NCBI RefSeq assembly: GCF_963664965.2
Contig: NZ_OY761823.1
Span: forward strand, 3,717,031 to 3,781,030
Source of the DNA: an uncultured Pseudodesulfovibrio sp.
GTDB taxonomy: Bacteria > Desulfobacterota > Desulfovibrionia > Desulfovibrionales > Desulfovibrionaceae
DNA length: 64,000 nucleotides
Direction of reading: 5' to 3'
The position numbers and the translations under genes were made by a program. Positions within the stretch are counted from its first letter, which is position 1, and each line of letters begins with the position of its first letter. The notes under the pieces are model-generated. The model saw nothing but the letters and a program-made list of their open reading frames with translations. It did not search any database and was not told the DNA's origin. This document shows, one piece after another, positions 9,579-19,683 of the stretch.

Positions 9579-10042
9579 CACACCGTCATCCAGACAATCG
9601 AGCCTGTCAGACAGGCAAATACAACGGTGACCGCGAACCAACACCGTCCACGCTCAATTTCCGTAACCACAACCACAGCAAGCACGAATGCGGCAACCAT
9701 CCCCGCAGCCCAAACCACAATACTCTCGCTCCGAAGAAACAGCACCACGGATGCGGCCATGAGTCCCAGCTCCACAAGAAGATACCGGAGACCGATATCT
9801 TGTCGGCAATATCTGCATTTACCACGGAGAAGACAATAGCTCAGAAGAGGGATGTTATCATACCATCGAAGCGTGGCACCGCATCCGGGACAAAAGGACC
9901 GGGACGGCGAAAAAATGGACTTGGCTGCCGCCGTCCGATACGCCAGACACCCTGCGAAGCTTCCCAAAATCAATCCTATGACGGCAAATAGAAAAATCAT
10001 TGTCACCTTGGACACGTATCGACAACCGCGCGTTCCCATCAT
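9578..10042 (-). CDS. Prepilin peptidase (GspO/PilD) N-terminal domain only, lacking the A24 aspartyl-protease domain
   Basis: Contains the Zn-binding four-Cys module FCPGCGATLRWYDNIPLLSYCLLRGKCRYCRQ. The protein ends about 60 aa later, with no GxGD-type second catalytic Asp. The likely true start is MIFLFAVIG at 10000. Confidence 0.6.
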   Translation of the reverse strand: MMGTRGCRYVSKVTMIFLFAVIGLILGSFAGCLAYRTAAAKSIFSPSRSFCPGCGATLRWYDNIPLLSYCLLRGKCRYCRQDIGLRYLLVELGLMAASVVLFLRSESIVVWAAGMVAAFVLAVVVVTEIERGRCWFAVTVVFACLTGSIVWMTV

Positions 10043-10364
10043 GAACCGACATTCGATTCACCGATATCGTTAAAATTCATATCCCCTCGCCGTAGAATTG
10101 TCCACCCCGCCAGTGTCTGGAACCGAAGCCACGACAGGGACAAAAAAGCCCTCCCCGCCAAGACGGCCTCCTGTTTTCGCAGCCTCACAAACCGGCATCG
10201 GGGTCCCTGTGCACGACAAGCCGATACAGCACAATCTGAAAGACGTTACGGGAAACATCTGCAAGACCGCTTGGCCCAACGATATGCCGCAACCGGCACC
10301 GAAAACGGCTCGTCGGAAGCGGCGGACACATAGCGGACATATTCCCAAAATCCGCCATTAGGCA

Positions 10365-10400
10365 CGAAAAAAGGGTTCCAAGTATTCACTTGAAACCCTT
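10365..10400 (-). terminator. Rho-independent terminator downstream of the displaced tRNA-Ala 3' fragment
   Basis: 13-bp stem AAGGGTTCCAAGT / ACTTGAAACCCTT with one mismatch and loop ATTC. On the minus strand it is followed by TTTTTT. Confidence 0.55.
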
Positions 10401-10410
10401 AACTTTCTTA

Positions 10411-10458
10411 TGGTGGAGCTGGAGGGAATTGAACCCACGACCTCTTGAATGCCATTCA
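10411..10458 (-). repeat. Direct repeat: 48-nt exact copy of the 3' half of tRNA-Ala(GGC) (distal att-like site)
   Basis: TGGTGGAGCTGGAGGGAATTGAACCCACGACCTCTTGAATGCCATTCA is identical to 16692-16739. Confidence 0.9.
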
Positions 10459-10621
10459 GAAAGACTAGAGGGTAAAGCTTGAAATACTTTAACTTTTTAT
10501 CTTAAGCCGACAAATGATCAGTAATTTTGGAGGTGTATTGAATGCCCCGGTTGATCAGAATTATGCTGTCAATTTAAGCAGTTTCACATGATCGAGCTTT
10601 ATATACAGAAACAAAAAACAA

Positions 10622-11515
10622 TCAGAGCATATCAGGCTTTGCAAATCCCGCTTTGCAAATACCTTCAAACCGAACTTTCTTCCCATAACCATACACCCTG
10701 CCGTCTTCTTCATTCCTAAATGTCTCTACTTCATCATAACCAGCCTCTTCCATCATTCTCTTAAGTGCTAATGGAGAGGGTAAAAACCAATTCCACCCGC
10801 CTCTGTTTAGCTCCTCTTTACAACTTCCATCTGCATGGTAAATCCGACTTCCTTCAAATTGACAAATAGATTCTTCTGAATTGATTCCTGCTGACTCAAC
10901 AAAAATATCTCCGCCTATTTTTGTTGAGTTGTAAAGTATGCGTAGGCCCAAAACAGGGTCAGACAGATGGTAAACGACACCAGGGAAATAAACTGAATCA
11001 AACATTCCATAGTATTTTTCATCGTCCATGTTGAACAGTGAATCATTAAGTACTGAAATCTGTGTGCTAAGGTCAAAACAATCTGCCAGGTAGTTCACCA
11101 TTTCAGCATATTTTTTTACTTCTTCCACGGCTGTTACGCGGGCACCAAGTCTTGAAAGAAGTAAAGTTGTCCCACCTGTCCAACACCCGACATCCAAGAC
11201 GTGTTTGTTTTGAAAATGATCAATTCCAACCCCATTATTCGTTATGAAGTTAGTCATCAATTGTAAATGGCGCTCCCCCATCCTGCCTTTCAATGAGAAA
11301 CTTCCAAAATCATGATCATGCCCCCAATGAAATTTTATTGACAAATCCCGCTGCCGATCAAGCTCCTCAGCAGAGTATCCTTCCATTCTGGCATCTACAA
11401 CTTCAATTCTTTTCGATAATTCATCATGAAATTCTTCCTTTGTCACACTATGCAAATTAGAAACTGTAAACCATGAAAACTCTTCTTTCAATTTTGCATA
11501 TATATCACTATTCAT
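10622..11515 (-). CDS. Class I SAM-dependent methyltransferase (CmoB/DUF1698-like)
   Basis: SAM motif I VLDVGCWTGGTTLLLSRLGA..V.AVE. Also an HWGHDHDFG segment and GGWNWFLPS near the C-terminus. Strongly AT-rich compared with its flanks. Confidence 0.7.
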   Translation of the reverse strand: MNSDIYAKLKEEFSWFTVSNLHSVTKEEFHDELSKRIEVVDARMEGYSAEELDRQRDLSIKFHWGHDHDFGSFSLKGRMGERHLQLMTNFITNNGVGIDHFQNKHVLDVGCWTGGTTLLLSRLGARVTAVEEVKKYAEMVNYLADCFDLSTQISVLNDSLFNMDDEKYYGMFDSVYFPGVVYHLSDPVLGLRILYNSTKIGGDIFVESAGINSEESICQFEGSRIYHADGSCKEELNRGGWNWFLPSPLALKRMMEEAGYDEVETFRNEEDGRVYGYGKKVRFEGICKAGFAKPDML

Positions 11516-11767
11516 TTACGATACCTCCACAAGCTTTTACCGACACATGCTAACCAAACAATCTTTCATATTGCACAGTAAAATAGCTAACAAAAAACTC
11601 AATACATATAAAATAGCGACAAAGACAACTCACAAAATGTGATTAACAAAACCAATTAAAAAGATTCTTGTTTCAACTGTGGAGCTAAACTGACAGCCGA
11701 AGCAGCAATTATGCACCTTACCAAAAATGGTTGGGTTATCTTGCTTTTCTGGCTGATAGCTAAAATC

Positions 11768-12470
11768 TTGGGGCTGACATAGATCTCTCTCCATATTAGG
11801 GGGAACAATGAGGTTAAAAAGATCGCGTTTGTCAGGGCGTATTTCAGGTCGCCTTATTGAGCATTTTGTAGCTGGGACTCCGGCTAGGACGGCCAATGAA
11901 TTGTTAGGCGTGAAACGCAATACAGCGATTAGTTTTATCATAGGTTACGGCATATTATCGCCGAGCAAATGCCTTCGATGAAGAGGTTGAAGTCGACGAA
12001 AGCTACTTTAGCGGATATCGGCGTGGTATTCGAGGCCGTAGAGCTGCTGGTAAAGTTGCAGTACTTGGCATCCTTAAACGCAATGGCAAGGTCTACGCGC
12101 AGATACTTTCGGACACCAAATCAAAGAATTTAAAGGAGATAATTGACTCCCAGGTACGCCAGACAATGTGGTTTATACGGATGGTTTATCGTCTTACAAG
12201 GTACTCGATCTGTCTGAATTTAAACGCTATCGTATCAACCACCTGAAAAAGTATGTGGACGATCATAACCACATCAATGGGATTGAAATTTTTTGGAATC
12301 AAGCCAAGCGTCATTTGAGAAAATACAACGGCATTCCTCGCAAGCATTTTTGGCTGTATTTGAAAGAGTGTGAATACAGGTTTAATTACGGCTCGCAAAA
12401 AGAGCAGTTAACAACTCTGAAAAATTGGATAAAAAGACATAATGGGGCATAGCACCTATGTCTGCCCCAA
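11768..12470 (+). mobile_element. IS1595-family (IS1016-size) insertion sequence, decayed
   Basis: Imperfect terminal inverted repeats TTGGGGCTGACATA (11768-11781) and TATGTCTGCCCCAA (12457-12470), 13/14 complementary. They bracket a roughly 700-bp unit that encodes only the transposase. Confidence 0.6.
11808..12452 (+). pseudogene. IS1595-family (ISXO2-like DDE) transposase, disrupted by several frameshifts
   Basis: Recognisable pieces lie in different frames: MRLKRSRLSGRISGRLIEHFVAGTPARTANELLGVKRNTAISF, then YHRLRHIIAEQ, then AFDEEVEVDESYFSGYRRGIRGRRAAGKVAVLGILKRNGKVYAQILSDTKSKNLKEII, then VVYTDGLSSYKVLDLSEFKRYRINH...HINGIEIFWNQAKRHLRKYNGI. Confidence 0.7.
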
Positions 12471-12925
12471 AATCTTCATATAGTGCTGATTGGACTCCTT
12501 TTGAGACGATATTGTTTCAGAAGAAGTCCTTTCTCTTTTTTGAATGGCAGATGTGCTTCACCACCTTACAAAATACGCCGTTATCACATTACAAAACAAA
12601 TGGATAGATCAAAACTTCGGTCAACCTAAATCCAATAGTCCATCCACATTATCCAGCTCCTGGAGCCTACCCTCCTGCCAAAATCCTCCACCCAAAATTC
12701 GCGCAAAATCATCCCAGAAACGCATCCAAACGAAAAGCCTAAAACCCCGCCCCAATCCCCAAAGCGGGCAGGAGGAGCGCAAATATCACGCCTCCAAAAA
12801 ATCGCCGCAAAGCACTGGCTAAAACCAATCTTACCTCATGCATCCTCAAACACAGTTCATACACGCCTTTAATCTGTGATCTCAAACACTTTGGTCAACA
12901 ACCGGTTGACCAATTGGTTCACCAC

Positions 12926-12971
12926 CAAAAAGAAAAGGACCGCATAGCCTATCAAGCTAACCGGTCCTTTT
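12926..12971 (-). terminator. Terminator-like hairpin downstream of the middle tRNA-Ala fragment
   Basis: Stem AAAAGGACCG / CGGTCCTTTT with a 19-nt loop. A T-run (CTTTTT) follows on the minus strand. Confidence 0.45.
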
Positions 12972-12987
12972 TCTTAGGAAATTTAAG

Positions 12988-13037
12988 TGGTGGAGCTGGA
13001 GGGAATCGAACCCACGACCTCTTGAATGCCATTCAAG
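12988..13037 (-). repeat. Direct repeat: 50-nt copy (1 mismatch) of the 3' half of tRNA-Ala(GGC)
   Basis: TGGTGGAGCTGGAGGGAATcGAACCCACGACCTCTTGAATGCCATTCAAG compared with 16692-16741. Confidence 0.9.
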
Positions 13038-13336
13038 GCGTGTGTTTTATATTTGCTGAAATCATTGACAAAATTTTCAGGCGGATAACTTTTCTTGGCG
13101 AAAAGCGGCGATTTTGTGCTGGCGGAGGTTATCCAGACCACCCAAAAATCATCAACTTCATCCTGCGCTTTATGTCCTGATTTGCGGTTGAGGTCCGTTT
13201 TAGCTGGACGCGTTAGGTGCTATAAATGCCTGCCCTTTTCCCCTACACAGTTTTAATGGGTAAGCCCTAGAGTCGAGAGATGACGTTTTTTAATCAAATT
13301 AATGAGCCCCTTCACAGCGAAGTCGGATAATTCCGC

Positions 13337-14236
13337 CTATCGCCATGGGGGCGGTGTAAATGCCTGGCGCAATGCTTCCAAGAACATGCGCATCCGGGCT
13401 GTACGTCGGTGGTTGAGCCCGAGCAGGGCCACCACGGAAGCATCTGGAATACCCCAGTCCGGCAACAGCCGGATAAGCCGCCCTGACGCAAGAGCATCTG
13501 CCACATCCCATTCTGACCGTAAGATGATACCGAGCCCGCTCAGTGCCCAGTCGAGGATAACGTCACCGTCATTGCTGGATATCCCCTCTGTAATACGTAC
13601 GGTTTCGGTTTTACCGCCCACGTGAAAACGCCACAGCGTCACATCTTCATCGTTTTCCCGTAACGTAAGACAATCGTGGTTTACGAGATCATGAGGCGTA
13701 CGCGGCGTTCCATTGACCGAAAGGTAGTTCGGTGAAGCGCACAGGATTCGATCATTGGGAGCGAGCGTGATCATTTTATACGGTTGAGAGCGCAGTTCAC
13801 CGATGTGGATAATGATATCGCACGTGTTGGGCTTGAGAGCTATGGGATTGTCCGACAGCTCAAGGTTTATGTTCACCTGCGGAAATTGGGTACGAAATTC
13901 CCTGACAACCGGAGCAATATAACGGCGCCCAAAACCCGTGGGCCCCGAGATGTACAGATGCCCCGAAACCACACCTTTGCGTTTCTGCAACTCCTCGATG
14001 AGCTTGTCCACATCATTAAGAATCCCTTTTGAACGCCTCGCCAACAAATCTCCTTCGTTAGTGAGAACGAGCAAGCCGCCCCCCCTCTCCACAAGCTGTA
14101 CCCCGAGGCGTGACTCCAGCGATTGAAGACGCTGCGTAACCGCCGGAGGGGTCACATTAAGCATTCGCGCCGCAGCCGCGAGAGAAGCCGAACAGCTGAT
14201 AGCAACCATAAAAAGCATGTCATCTGACTTTATCAT
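13337..14236 (-). CDS. LysR-family transcriptional regulator
   Basis: N-terminal HTH SLAAAARMLNVTPPAVTQRLQSLESRLGVQLVER and a roughly 200-aa substrate-binding domain. Divergent from the 14322 operon. Confidence 0.85.
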   Translation of the reverse strand: MIKSDDMLFMVAISCSASLAAAARMLNVTPPAVTQRLQSLESRLGVQLVERGGGLLVLTNEGDLLARRSKGILNDVDKLIEELQKRKGVVSGHLYISGPTGFGRRYIAPVVREFRTQFPQVNINLELSDNPIALKPNTCDIIIHIGELRSQPYKMITLAPNDRILCASPNYLSVNGTPRTPHDLVNHDCLTLRENDEDVTLWRFHVGGKTETVRITEGISSNDGDVILDWALSGLGIILRSEWDVADALASGRLIRLLPDWGIPDASVVALLGLNHRRTARMRMFLEALRQAFTPPPWR

Positions 14237-14251
14237 TAAGCTCAGCTTAAT
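14235..14251. promoter_or_regulatory. Perfect 17-bp palindrome in the LysR divergent intergenic region (candidate LysR box)
   Basis: ATTAAGC-TCA-GCTTAAT. It overlaps the first candidate start codon of the LysR gene. Confidence 0.35.
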
Positions 14252-14321
14252 TGTTAATTTGCAAACTGTAAATTGATAATTTACTCACCTTTTCGTATTT
14301 TGCATCGAAAAGGAGTTTGAC

Positions 14322-15497
14322 ATGCTGAATACATTTCCATCCCCTCAGGGGGAATCCATACTCAACAAGGAGTTGATGGGCTTGCCCACGCCATGCCTCC
14401 TCTTGGATCAAAATCGAATGGAGAACAACATTCGCCGTCTTGGAAAGAGGCTTTCACGTGCCGGAGTTGGCTTTCGGCCTCATCTGAAGACAGCAAAGTC
14501 GATTGAAGTCGCCCGACGGATGGTCGATGGAGCAAATGGCCCTGCCACGGTTTCCACTCTGCGCGAGGCAGAGGAATTCGCAGCGGCGGGCATCACGGAC
14601 CTGACCTATGCAGTAGGCATTTCGCCATGCAAATTATCGCGAGTATTGTCACTCAGGGATCAAGGCGTGGACCTGTCGATAATTCTGGACAGTACAGAAC
14701 AGGCAGAAGCGGTTGCAGCAGCATCCCCGGCAAACAATCCCATTCCCGTACTTATCGAAATTGATTGCGACGGGCATCGCTCCGGGGTGGCCCCGGAAAA
14801 TTGTGAATTGATGCTCGCCATCGCCAACAGACTTGAGCCGTCCGCATCTTTGCACGGTATTCTCACCCACGCAGGAGAAAGCTACTCCGCCCACAATACA
14901 CGCGAACTCGTCGAGGCGGCAAAGAACGAACGCAAAAGCACTGTCGCTGCGGCGATATTCATGCGCGCCCAAGGATTCGCCTGTCCGGTCGTGAGTGTTG
15001 GCTCGACACCAACCGCGCATTTTGCTCCAACCTACAAAGGAGTTACCGAAGTCCGAGCGGGAGCCTTTGTGTTCTTTGACCTGGTGCAGGCTGGCATCGG
15101 CGTATGTACTTTGGATGATATTGCGATCTCCGTACTGACAACAGTCATCGGCCACCAGCGCGAAAAGGAATGGATAATTATTGATGCAGGCTGGACAGCC
15201 TTGTCATCAGACAGGGGGACCGTAGATCAATCCGTCGATCAAGGGTATGGCGTTGTTTGTGATATGGCGGGAAGGCCTATTTCAGGCCTTAACGTAGTCA
15301 ATGTGAATCAAGAACACGGTGTTATCGCCAAGCGATCTAGTAGTTCGGGACCTGTACCGGATCTGCCGATCGGCACACGTCTGCGCATATTACCCAACCA
15401 CGCCTGTGCAACGGCAGATCAATTTGAGAAATACCACGTGATCACACCGAACAAAGACGGCATCATTGCCGAATGGCCCCGATTCAGGGGATGGTAG
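14322..15497 (+). CDS. PLP-dependent D-amino-acid aldolase/dehydratase family enzyme (alanine-racemase-N fold; D-threonine aldolase / D-serine dehydratase-like)
   Basis: FRPHLKTAKS PLP-lysine motif near the N-terminus and RILPNHACATADQF near the C-terminus. About 380 aa. Confidence 0.65.
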   Translation: MLNTFPSPQGESILNKELMGLPTPCLLLDQNRMENNIRRLGKRLSRAGVGFRPHLKTAKSIEVARRMVDGANGPATVSTLREAEEFAAAGITDLTYAVGISPCKLSRVLSLRDQGVDLSIILDSTEQAEAVAAASPANNPIPVLIEIDCDGHRSGVAPENCELMLAIANRLEPSASLHGILTHAGESYSAHNTRELVEAAKNERKSTVAAAIFMRAQGFACPVVSVGSTPTAHFAPTYKGVTEVRAGAFVFFDLVQAGIGVCTLDDIAISVLTTVIGHQREKEWIIIDAGWTALSSDRGTVDQSVDQGYGVVCDMAGRPISGLNVVNVNQEHGVIAKRSSSSGPVPDLPIGTRLRILPNHACATADQFEKYHVITPNKDGIIAEWPRFRGW

Positions 15498-15507
15498 GGA
15501 GATTTCC

Positions 15508-16467
15508 ATGTTTTTTGTCAGTGAAGAAAGAGCGAAAAGGGTTGTCTCCACAGCCGATGCGATAGAGACGATTGAAGATATGTTTCGCGAGTATGGCCAG
15601 GGAGAGGCTGTTGTGTTTCCTGTCGTGATGGGGAAAGGGCCGGATACATCAAATAAATTCAGCATGAAAAGCGGCCTGATGCAGGCGCGTGGTGTCGTGG
15701 GACTCAAGGTTGGGAGCTATTGGCCTGGAAACCGCGAACAAGGCAAAGAAGCCCATGCCTCATCAACACTCTTGCTGGACCCTGAAACAGGGTACCCACA
15801 TGCGTTCGTGGCGGCTTCCAACCTGACGGCTTTACGCACGGCCGCTGCTGATGCGGTTGCCACAAAGTATCTTTCCCGCGAGGACAGCACCACGTTGGCC
15901 ATTTTCGGCGCGGGGCATCAAGCGTGGTTTGAGCTTCTTGCCGTCCACGAAGTTCGTCCGATAAAAAAAGTTTTGATCGCCAACCGCTCTCAGGCCAGTG
16001 CCATAGCATTTGCAAAACGAATAAGAGACGAGCTTGGGCTTGACGCCGAATGTGCCGAAGCGAAAATCGCTGCAAAGTCTGCCGACATAATTGTTACGGT
16101 TACTGCAGCATGCGCCCCTCTTTTCAAAGCAAGCTGGGTACGTCCGGGAACGCATATCTCCGCCATGGGTGCCGATAGTGAGGGGAAACAAGAGCTTGAT
16201 CCCTTTTTGATATCAAAATCAACCTTGTTTACAGATGTCGTTCATCAATCCGTTTCAGTAGGTGAATATGAAGCGGCATATAAGGCAGGCTTGATTACCA
16301 TGGATCAAATCACGACATTGGGAGAAATACTGAATGGAGCTCAAGGCCGAATATCAAACGACGACATCACAATTTTCGATAGCTCTGGAATGGCATTGCA
16401 AGATCTTGCCATATGTTCATTAGCCTTGAACAAAGCCTGCAAACAGGGAAAAGCTATTAAAATATAG
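15508..16467 (+). CDS. Ornithine cyclodeaminase / mu-crystallin family NAD(P) enzyme
   Basis: Rossmann motif LAIFGAGHQAWFELLA, plus GTHISAMGADSEGKQELD and IFDSSGMALQD. The start was set at an ATG preceded by AGGGAG. Confidence 0.75.
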   Translation: MFFVSEERAKRVVSTADAIETIEDMFREYGQGEAVVFPVVMGKGPDTSNKFSMKSGLMQARGVVGLKVGSYWPGNREQGKEAHASSTLLLDPETGYPHAFVAASNLTALRTAAADAVATKYLSREDSTTLAIFGAGHQAWFELLAVHEVRPIKKVLIANRSQASAIAFAKRIRDELGLDAECAEAKIAAKSADIIVTVTAACAPLFKASWVRPGTHISAMGADSEGKQELDPFLISKSTLFTDVVHQSVSVGEYEAAYKAGLITMDQITTLGEILNGAQGRISNDDITIFDSSGMALQDLAICSLALNKACKQGKAIKI

Positions 16468-16644
16468 TCAGTAATACTATCACTTCGGGAGAAATGGATC
16501 TAAGGAACCGGCCCACGCCATCAGACGAACACAGAGGACAAGGAGTCCTCTTGCTCAGAATTCAAGCAGCCTTGCCTTCTGACCGGGTACAAACACTGGC
16601 TTTTCCAATCCTGAAGAGACGCAAATGTTATCCAGATAACACCC

Positions 16645-16683
16645 AACAAAAAAGAGGTTATCCAAACTAATGGATAACCTCTT
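16645..16683 (-). terminator. Rho-independent terminator of tRNA-Ala
   Basis: Perfect 13-bp stem AAGAGGTTATCCA / TGGATAACCTCTT with a 6-nt loop. TTTTTTG follows on the minus strand. Confidence 0.65.
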
Positions 16684-16691
16684 GAAATTCT

Positions 16692-16767
<76 letters not shown>

Positions 16768-16977
16768 ACGTCGTTGGGAAAGTCAATTTGCAGAATGCAG
16801 TGAATGATGTCAACCAAAAATATGAGAGAAATACAGTTGATTGTCACATACCAAGTGCGGATGGATAAAAACGGCGTACAAAGACATATATTCTGCCAAA
16901 ATAAGAATGAAATAAGATCAGTGATTCCCTATGCCATAAGGGTGATTACTGACGCTTCTTCTGATAGGCTCTCCGCA

Positions 16978-17463
16978 ATGAAGCACCTATGTCATACCAT
17001 ACTGTTGATCGGAGCATGGTTTCTTTTCATGGCTTCAACTTCGCTTGCTGCCGAAACTCTGTACGTACAGGTCCGCTCTGGGCTGATCAAAAACAAACCG
17101 ACCTATCTCGGTGTTGTCATCGCTTCACTCCCTTATGGAGACAGTGTTCGACTCGACGCAAAACAAGGAGATTGGCGAAAGATCACATCCCTCAAAAAGA
17201 AGAAAACAGGCTGGATGCATGTTTCTGGCCTGACTGAAAAAAGAATCGTTCTGCGCCCTACCAACAACGACATACAAGCGGCTCATGAAAGCAATCTTTT
17301 ACTCTCCGGCGCAGGAGCCAGCAAGGAAATCGAGAAACAGTATCAGGAACGCACGGAACTGAATTACTCAACAGTGAACCAGATGGAAAACACCCCGGTC
17401 TCCGCCGAGGATGTCAGCGCTTTCATCCGGTCAGGAAAACTCGGAAACGGAGGCGTGAAATGA
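16978..17463 (+). CDS. Secreted SH3b-domain protein
   Basis: Signal peptide MKHLCHTILLIGAWFLFMASTSLAA, then an SH3b-like LYVQVRSGLIKNKPTYLGVVIASLPYGDSVRLDAKQGDWRKI...GWMHVSGL. The stop overlaps the next gene (ATGA). Confidence 0.6.
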   Translation: MKHLCHTILLIGAWFLFMASTSLAAETLYVQVRSGLIKNKPTYLGVVIASLPYGDSVRLDAKQGDWRKITSLKKKKTGWMHVSGLTEKRIVLRPTNNDIQAAHESNLLLSGAGASKEIEKQYQERTELNYSTVNQMENTPVSAEDVSAFIRSGKLGNGGVK

Positions 17464-18365
17464 TTCGGAAACCGCTTCTCACTTTCCTGATTACAACAAT
17501 ATTCTTCCTTGGCACGACAACTCAGCCACATGCATTTGACATGGACTTCAGTCTTCCGGGAGGCGTCAAGCTCAATACAGCCCAGATGGAGAAATTCGGG
17601 CAAAAAAGGCAAATGTCGCATGGTGATTTCAGAGACATTACGCCTGAGCAGGAATATTACATAGGACGCTCTGTCTCCGCAGTCATCCTAAGCAAATACG
17701 AGACGGCAACCAACAAACGCACCCGCCAGTACCTTAACACCATGGGGAACGCTCTGGCTCAGGCCTCGGATCGACCGGAGACATTTTCAGGCTACCGTTT
17801 TCTGGTGCTCGACAGCGATGAAATCAATGCCATGGCCGCGCCCGGTGGATTCATTTTCGTCACTCGCGGCCTCCTCGCCTGCTGCAAGACCGAGGACGCC
17901 ATAGCCGCAGTGCTGGCCCATGAGATCGCACATATTCAACGTAAACACGCCCTGCGAGCCATTCACAAATCCAGACAAACAAAACTTGCAAGCGACCTCG
18001 TCATTCCGGGAACCTCCACTTATTCCAAGGGCACCCTTTCAGACCTGACCCACACTTTTGACAAATCAATCAGCGACATCATGACAACCCTGACAGACTC
18101 TGGCTATTCTCACAAACAGGAAGATCAGGCAGACCGTGACGCCGTGGCCATCCTGCAACGGCTCGGGTACAATCCGAACTGCTTCATCGACGCCCTGCAA
18201 CTCATGCAGTCCCGCTCGAAAACCGGCGACAAGGGGTTTCCAAAGACCCACCCCAATCCGGGCGAACGCATCAGGCTCATAAAAGAAATCATCGGCGGCT
18301 ACACGAAACCGAAAATCCCTGCCGCACGCACATTCCGCTTCATGGCCATGACCGGCGGCATGTAG
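17460..18365 (+). CDS. M48-family Zn metallopeptidase
   Basis: HEIAHIQRKH (HExxH) motif, an upstream INAMAAPGGFIFVTRGLL segment and an N-terminal signal/TM region. Confidence 0.8.
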   Translation: MIRKPLLTFLITTIFFLGTTTQPHAFDMDFSLPGGVKLNTAQMEKFGQKRQMSHGDFRDITPEQEYYIGRSVSAVILSKYETATNKRTRQYLNTMGNALAQASDRPETFSGYRFLVLDSDEINAMAAPGGFIFVTRGLLACCKTEDAIAAVLAHEIAHIQRKHALRAIHKSRQTKLASDLVIPGTSTYSKGTLSDLTHTFDKSISDIMTTLTDSGYSHKQEDQADRDAVAILQRLGYNPNCFIDALQLMQSRSKTGDKGFPKTHPNPGERIRLIKEIIGGYTKPKIPAARTFRFMAMTGGM

Positions 18366-18372
18366 TCACGCG

Positions 18373-19197
18373 CTACAGCGTAACCCTGCCGACAGTACCG
18401 CCGGGACGCTGTACCGTCCTGTGATACTTCACTGCGGGTTTGCCAAATGCCATCACGTAACCGACGACGTGGCCTTCCGGGATTCCCAACATGTCCCCGA
18501 CTTCGGGCGCGACGTCGAACAACGCCCATTTGGCAAAACCGTTCCAGACAGTCCCGAGACCGTGTCCGGCGGCAAGCAATTCAAAATAGGTCAGTGCGAT
18601 AAGGCAATCCGCCACGGCAGACGGACCGTCGGCAGGTGCCGATGCGACAAGGAGGTGCGGGGCTCCGCGATAGACAAGGTCATTCCCCCGATCCCAAGCG
18701 TCCGCGACTCCCTTGAAGAACTCCAAGCCCTCAGGCAGGGTCCCGGTGTCCACCGCACGCCGTATTCCCGCGTAGGTCCGGTCGCGCAGCTCTTTCATGA
18801 TCGCAGGATCGTCCACCAGGGCAAAATGCGTGGCTCTGGTATTTCTTCCTGTGGGTGCAGTGCGAACGACTTCGAGAATATGCTCGATCAATTCCGGCGC
18901 AACAGGCTCCTCCCGATACCGTCGAACAGACCGACGGCCCATCATCAAGACTTCAAGACTCTCCGGCGCAGGCATATTCCCTTTCAACTGTATTGAATCC
19001 GCTGGATTCAAACCCAATATGGAAAGCGCCCCCGGCTTGCAAACCGCGAGACAGTGCTGACATTCAAGACAGAGATGCTCCTTGTCTTTCAAAATTTCAG
19101 GCTCACCGTCCACCATTTGAATGATATCCATTGGACAGTCCGCCGCGCATTCTCCGCACTTGATGCATGCGTCCCTATCCACTGAAAACTGCAACAT
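18373..19197 (-). CDS. 2x[4Fe-4S] ferredoxin-domain / nitroreductase-family fusion protein
   Basis: CIKCGECAADCP and CLECQHCLAVCKP clusters, followed by a nitroreductase-like RRSVRRY...PTGRNTR segment. The start was set at the internal MLQFSVD. Confidence 0.75.
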   Translation of the reverse strand: MLQFSVDRDACIKCGECAADCPMDIIQMVDGEPEILKDKEHLCLECQHCLAVCKPGALSILGLNPADSIQLKGNMPAPESLEVLMMGRRSVRRYREEPVAPELIEHILEVVRTAPTGRNTRATHFALVDDPAIMKELRDRTYAGIRRAVDTGTLPEGLEFFKGVADAWDRGNDLVYRGAPHLLVASAPADGPSAVADCLIALTYFELLAAGHGLGTVWNGFAKWALFDVAPEVGDMLGIPEGHVVGYVMAFGKPAVKYHRTVQRPGGTVGRVTL

Positions 19198-19654
19198 AAA
19201 CTCTCCCTTGACCGCGTGTTCTTGTTCTAATTTTGCCCTTTGGCCTCTTTTACCACGAATCAGCAAAAAGGGAAGCAGGCACCCTGTCGTACCTCAGGCA
19301 CCCAAAGGTAACCTTCCTGCAAATGAAACCGTATCAACCGGCTCAGCAAAACAGGGCATATCAGGATGACATTTTTCACACTACGCCCCATCCCCCCAAA
19401 AACATTCTTTTTTTAGAAACAAAAAATTCTGTCATTTTTTTAGCTTGTTACAGAACAAAAAGAACAGAAGCATCACGGGGATAACTCAATTTTGCCCATC
19501 TGCTTTTCAACATGTCGCTGTTGAAAACTATTAAACAATTAAAAAAATCGCTATTATCTGAAAAAACGAAAGATAAGCAACCATGCGCCACCTTCTCTAG
19601 GTACACAGTTTTTTTGCACAATATAACACCCCGAAATACAATTTTTTTTATCCA

Positions 19655-19683
19655 TTGACCATTTCTCGTTGCGATCGTATATA
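19655..19683 (+). promoter_or_regulatory. Sigma70-like promoter of the giant adhesin gene
   Basis: TTGACC, a 17-nt spacer, then TATATA, about 65 nt upstream of the ATG. AGGAGG lies at 19738-19743. Confidence 0.45.

Noticed and set aside
10070-10361. Overlapping 92-aa (-) and 87-aa (+) ORFs between the gspO-like gene and the tRNA fragment
   Set aside because: They are mutually antisense, have no motifs and no RBS, and are Arg/Pro/Gly-rich. The region is more likely the promoter and leader of the gsp operon.
12544-12822. 92-aa plus-strand ORF, rich in Pro/Ser/Lys/Gln
   Set aside because: It is low-complexity and sits in decayed island DNA between the IS end and the tRNA fragment, with no start context.
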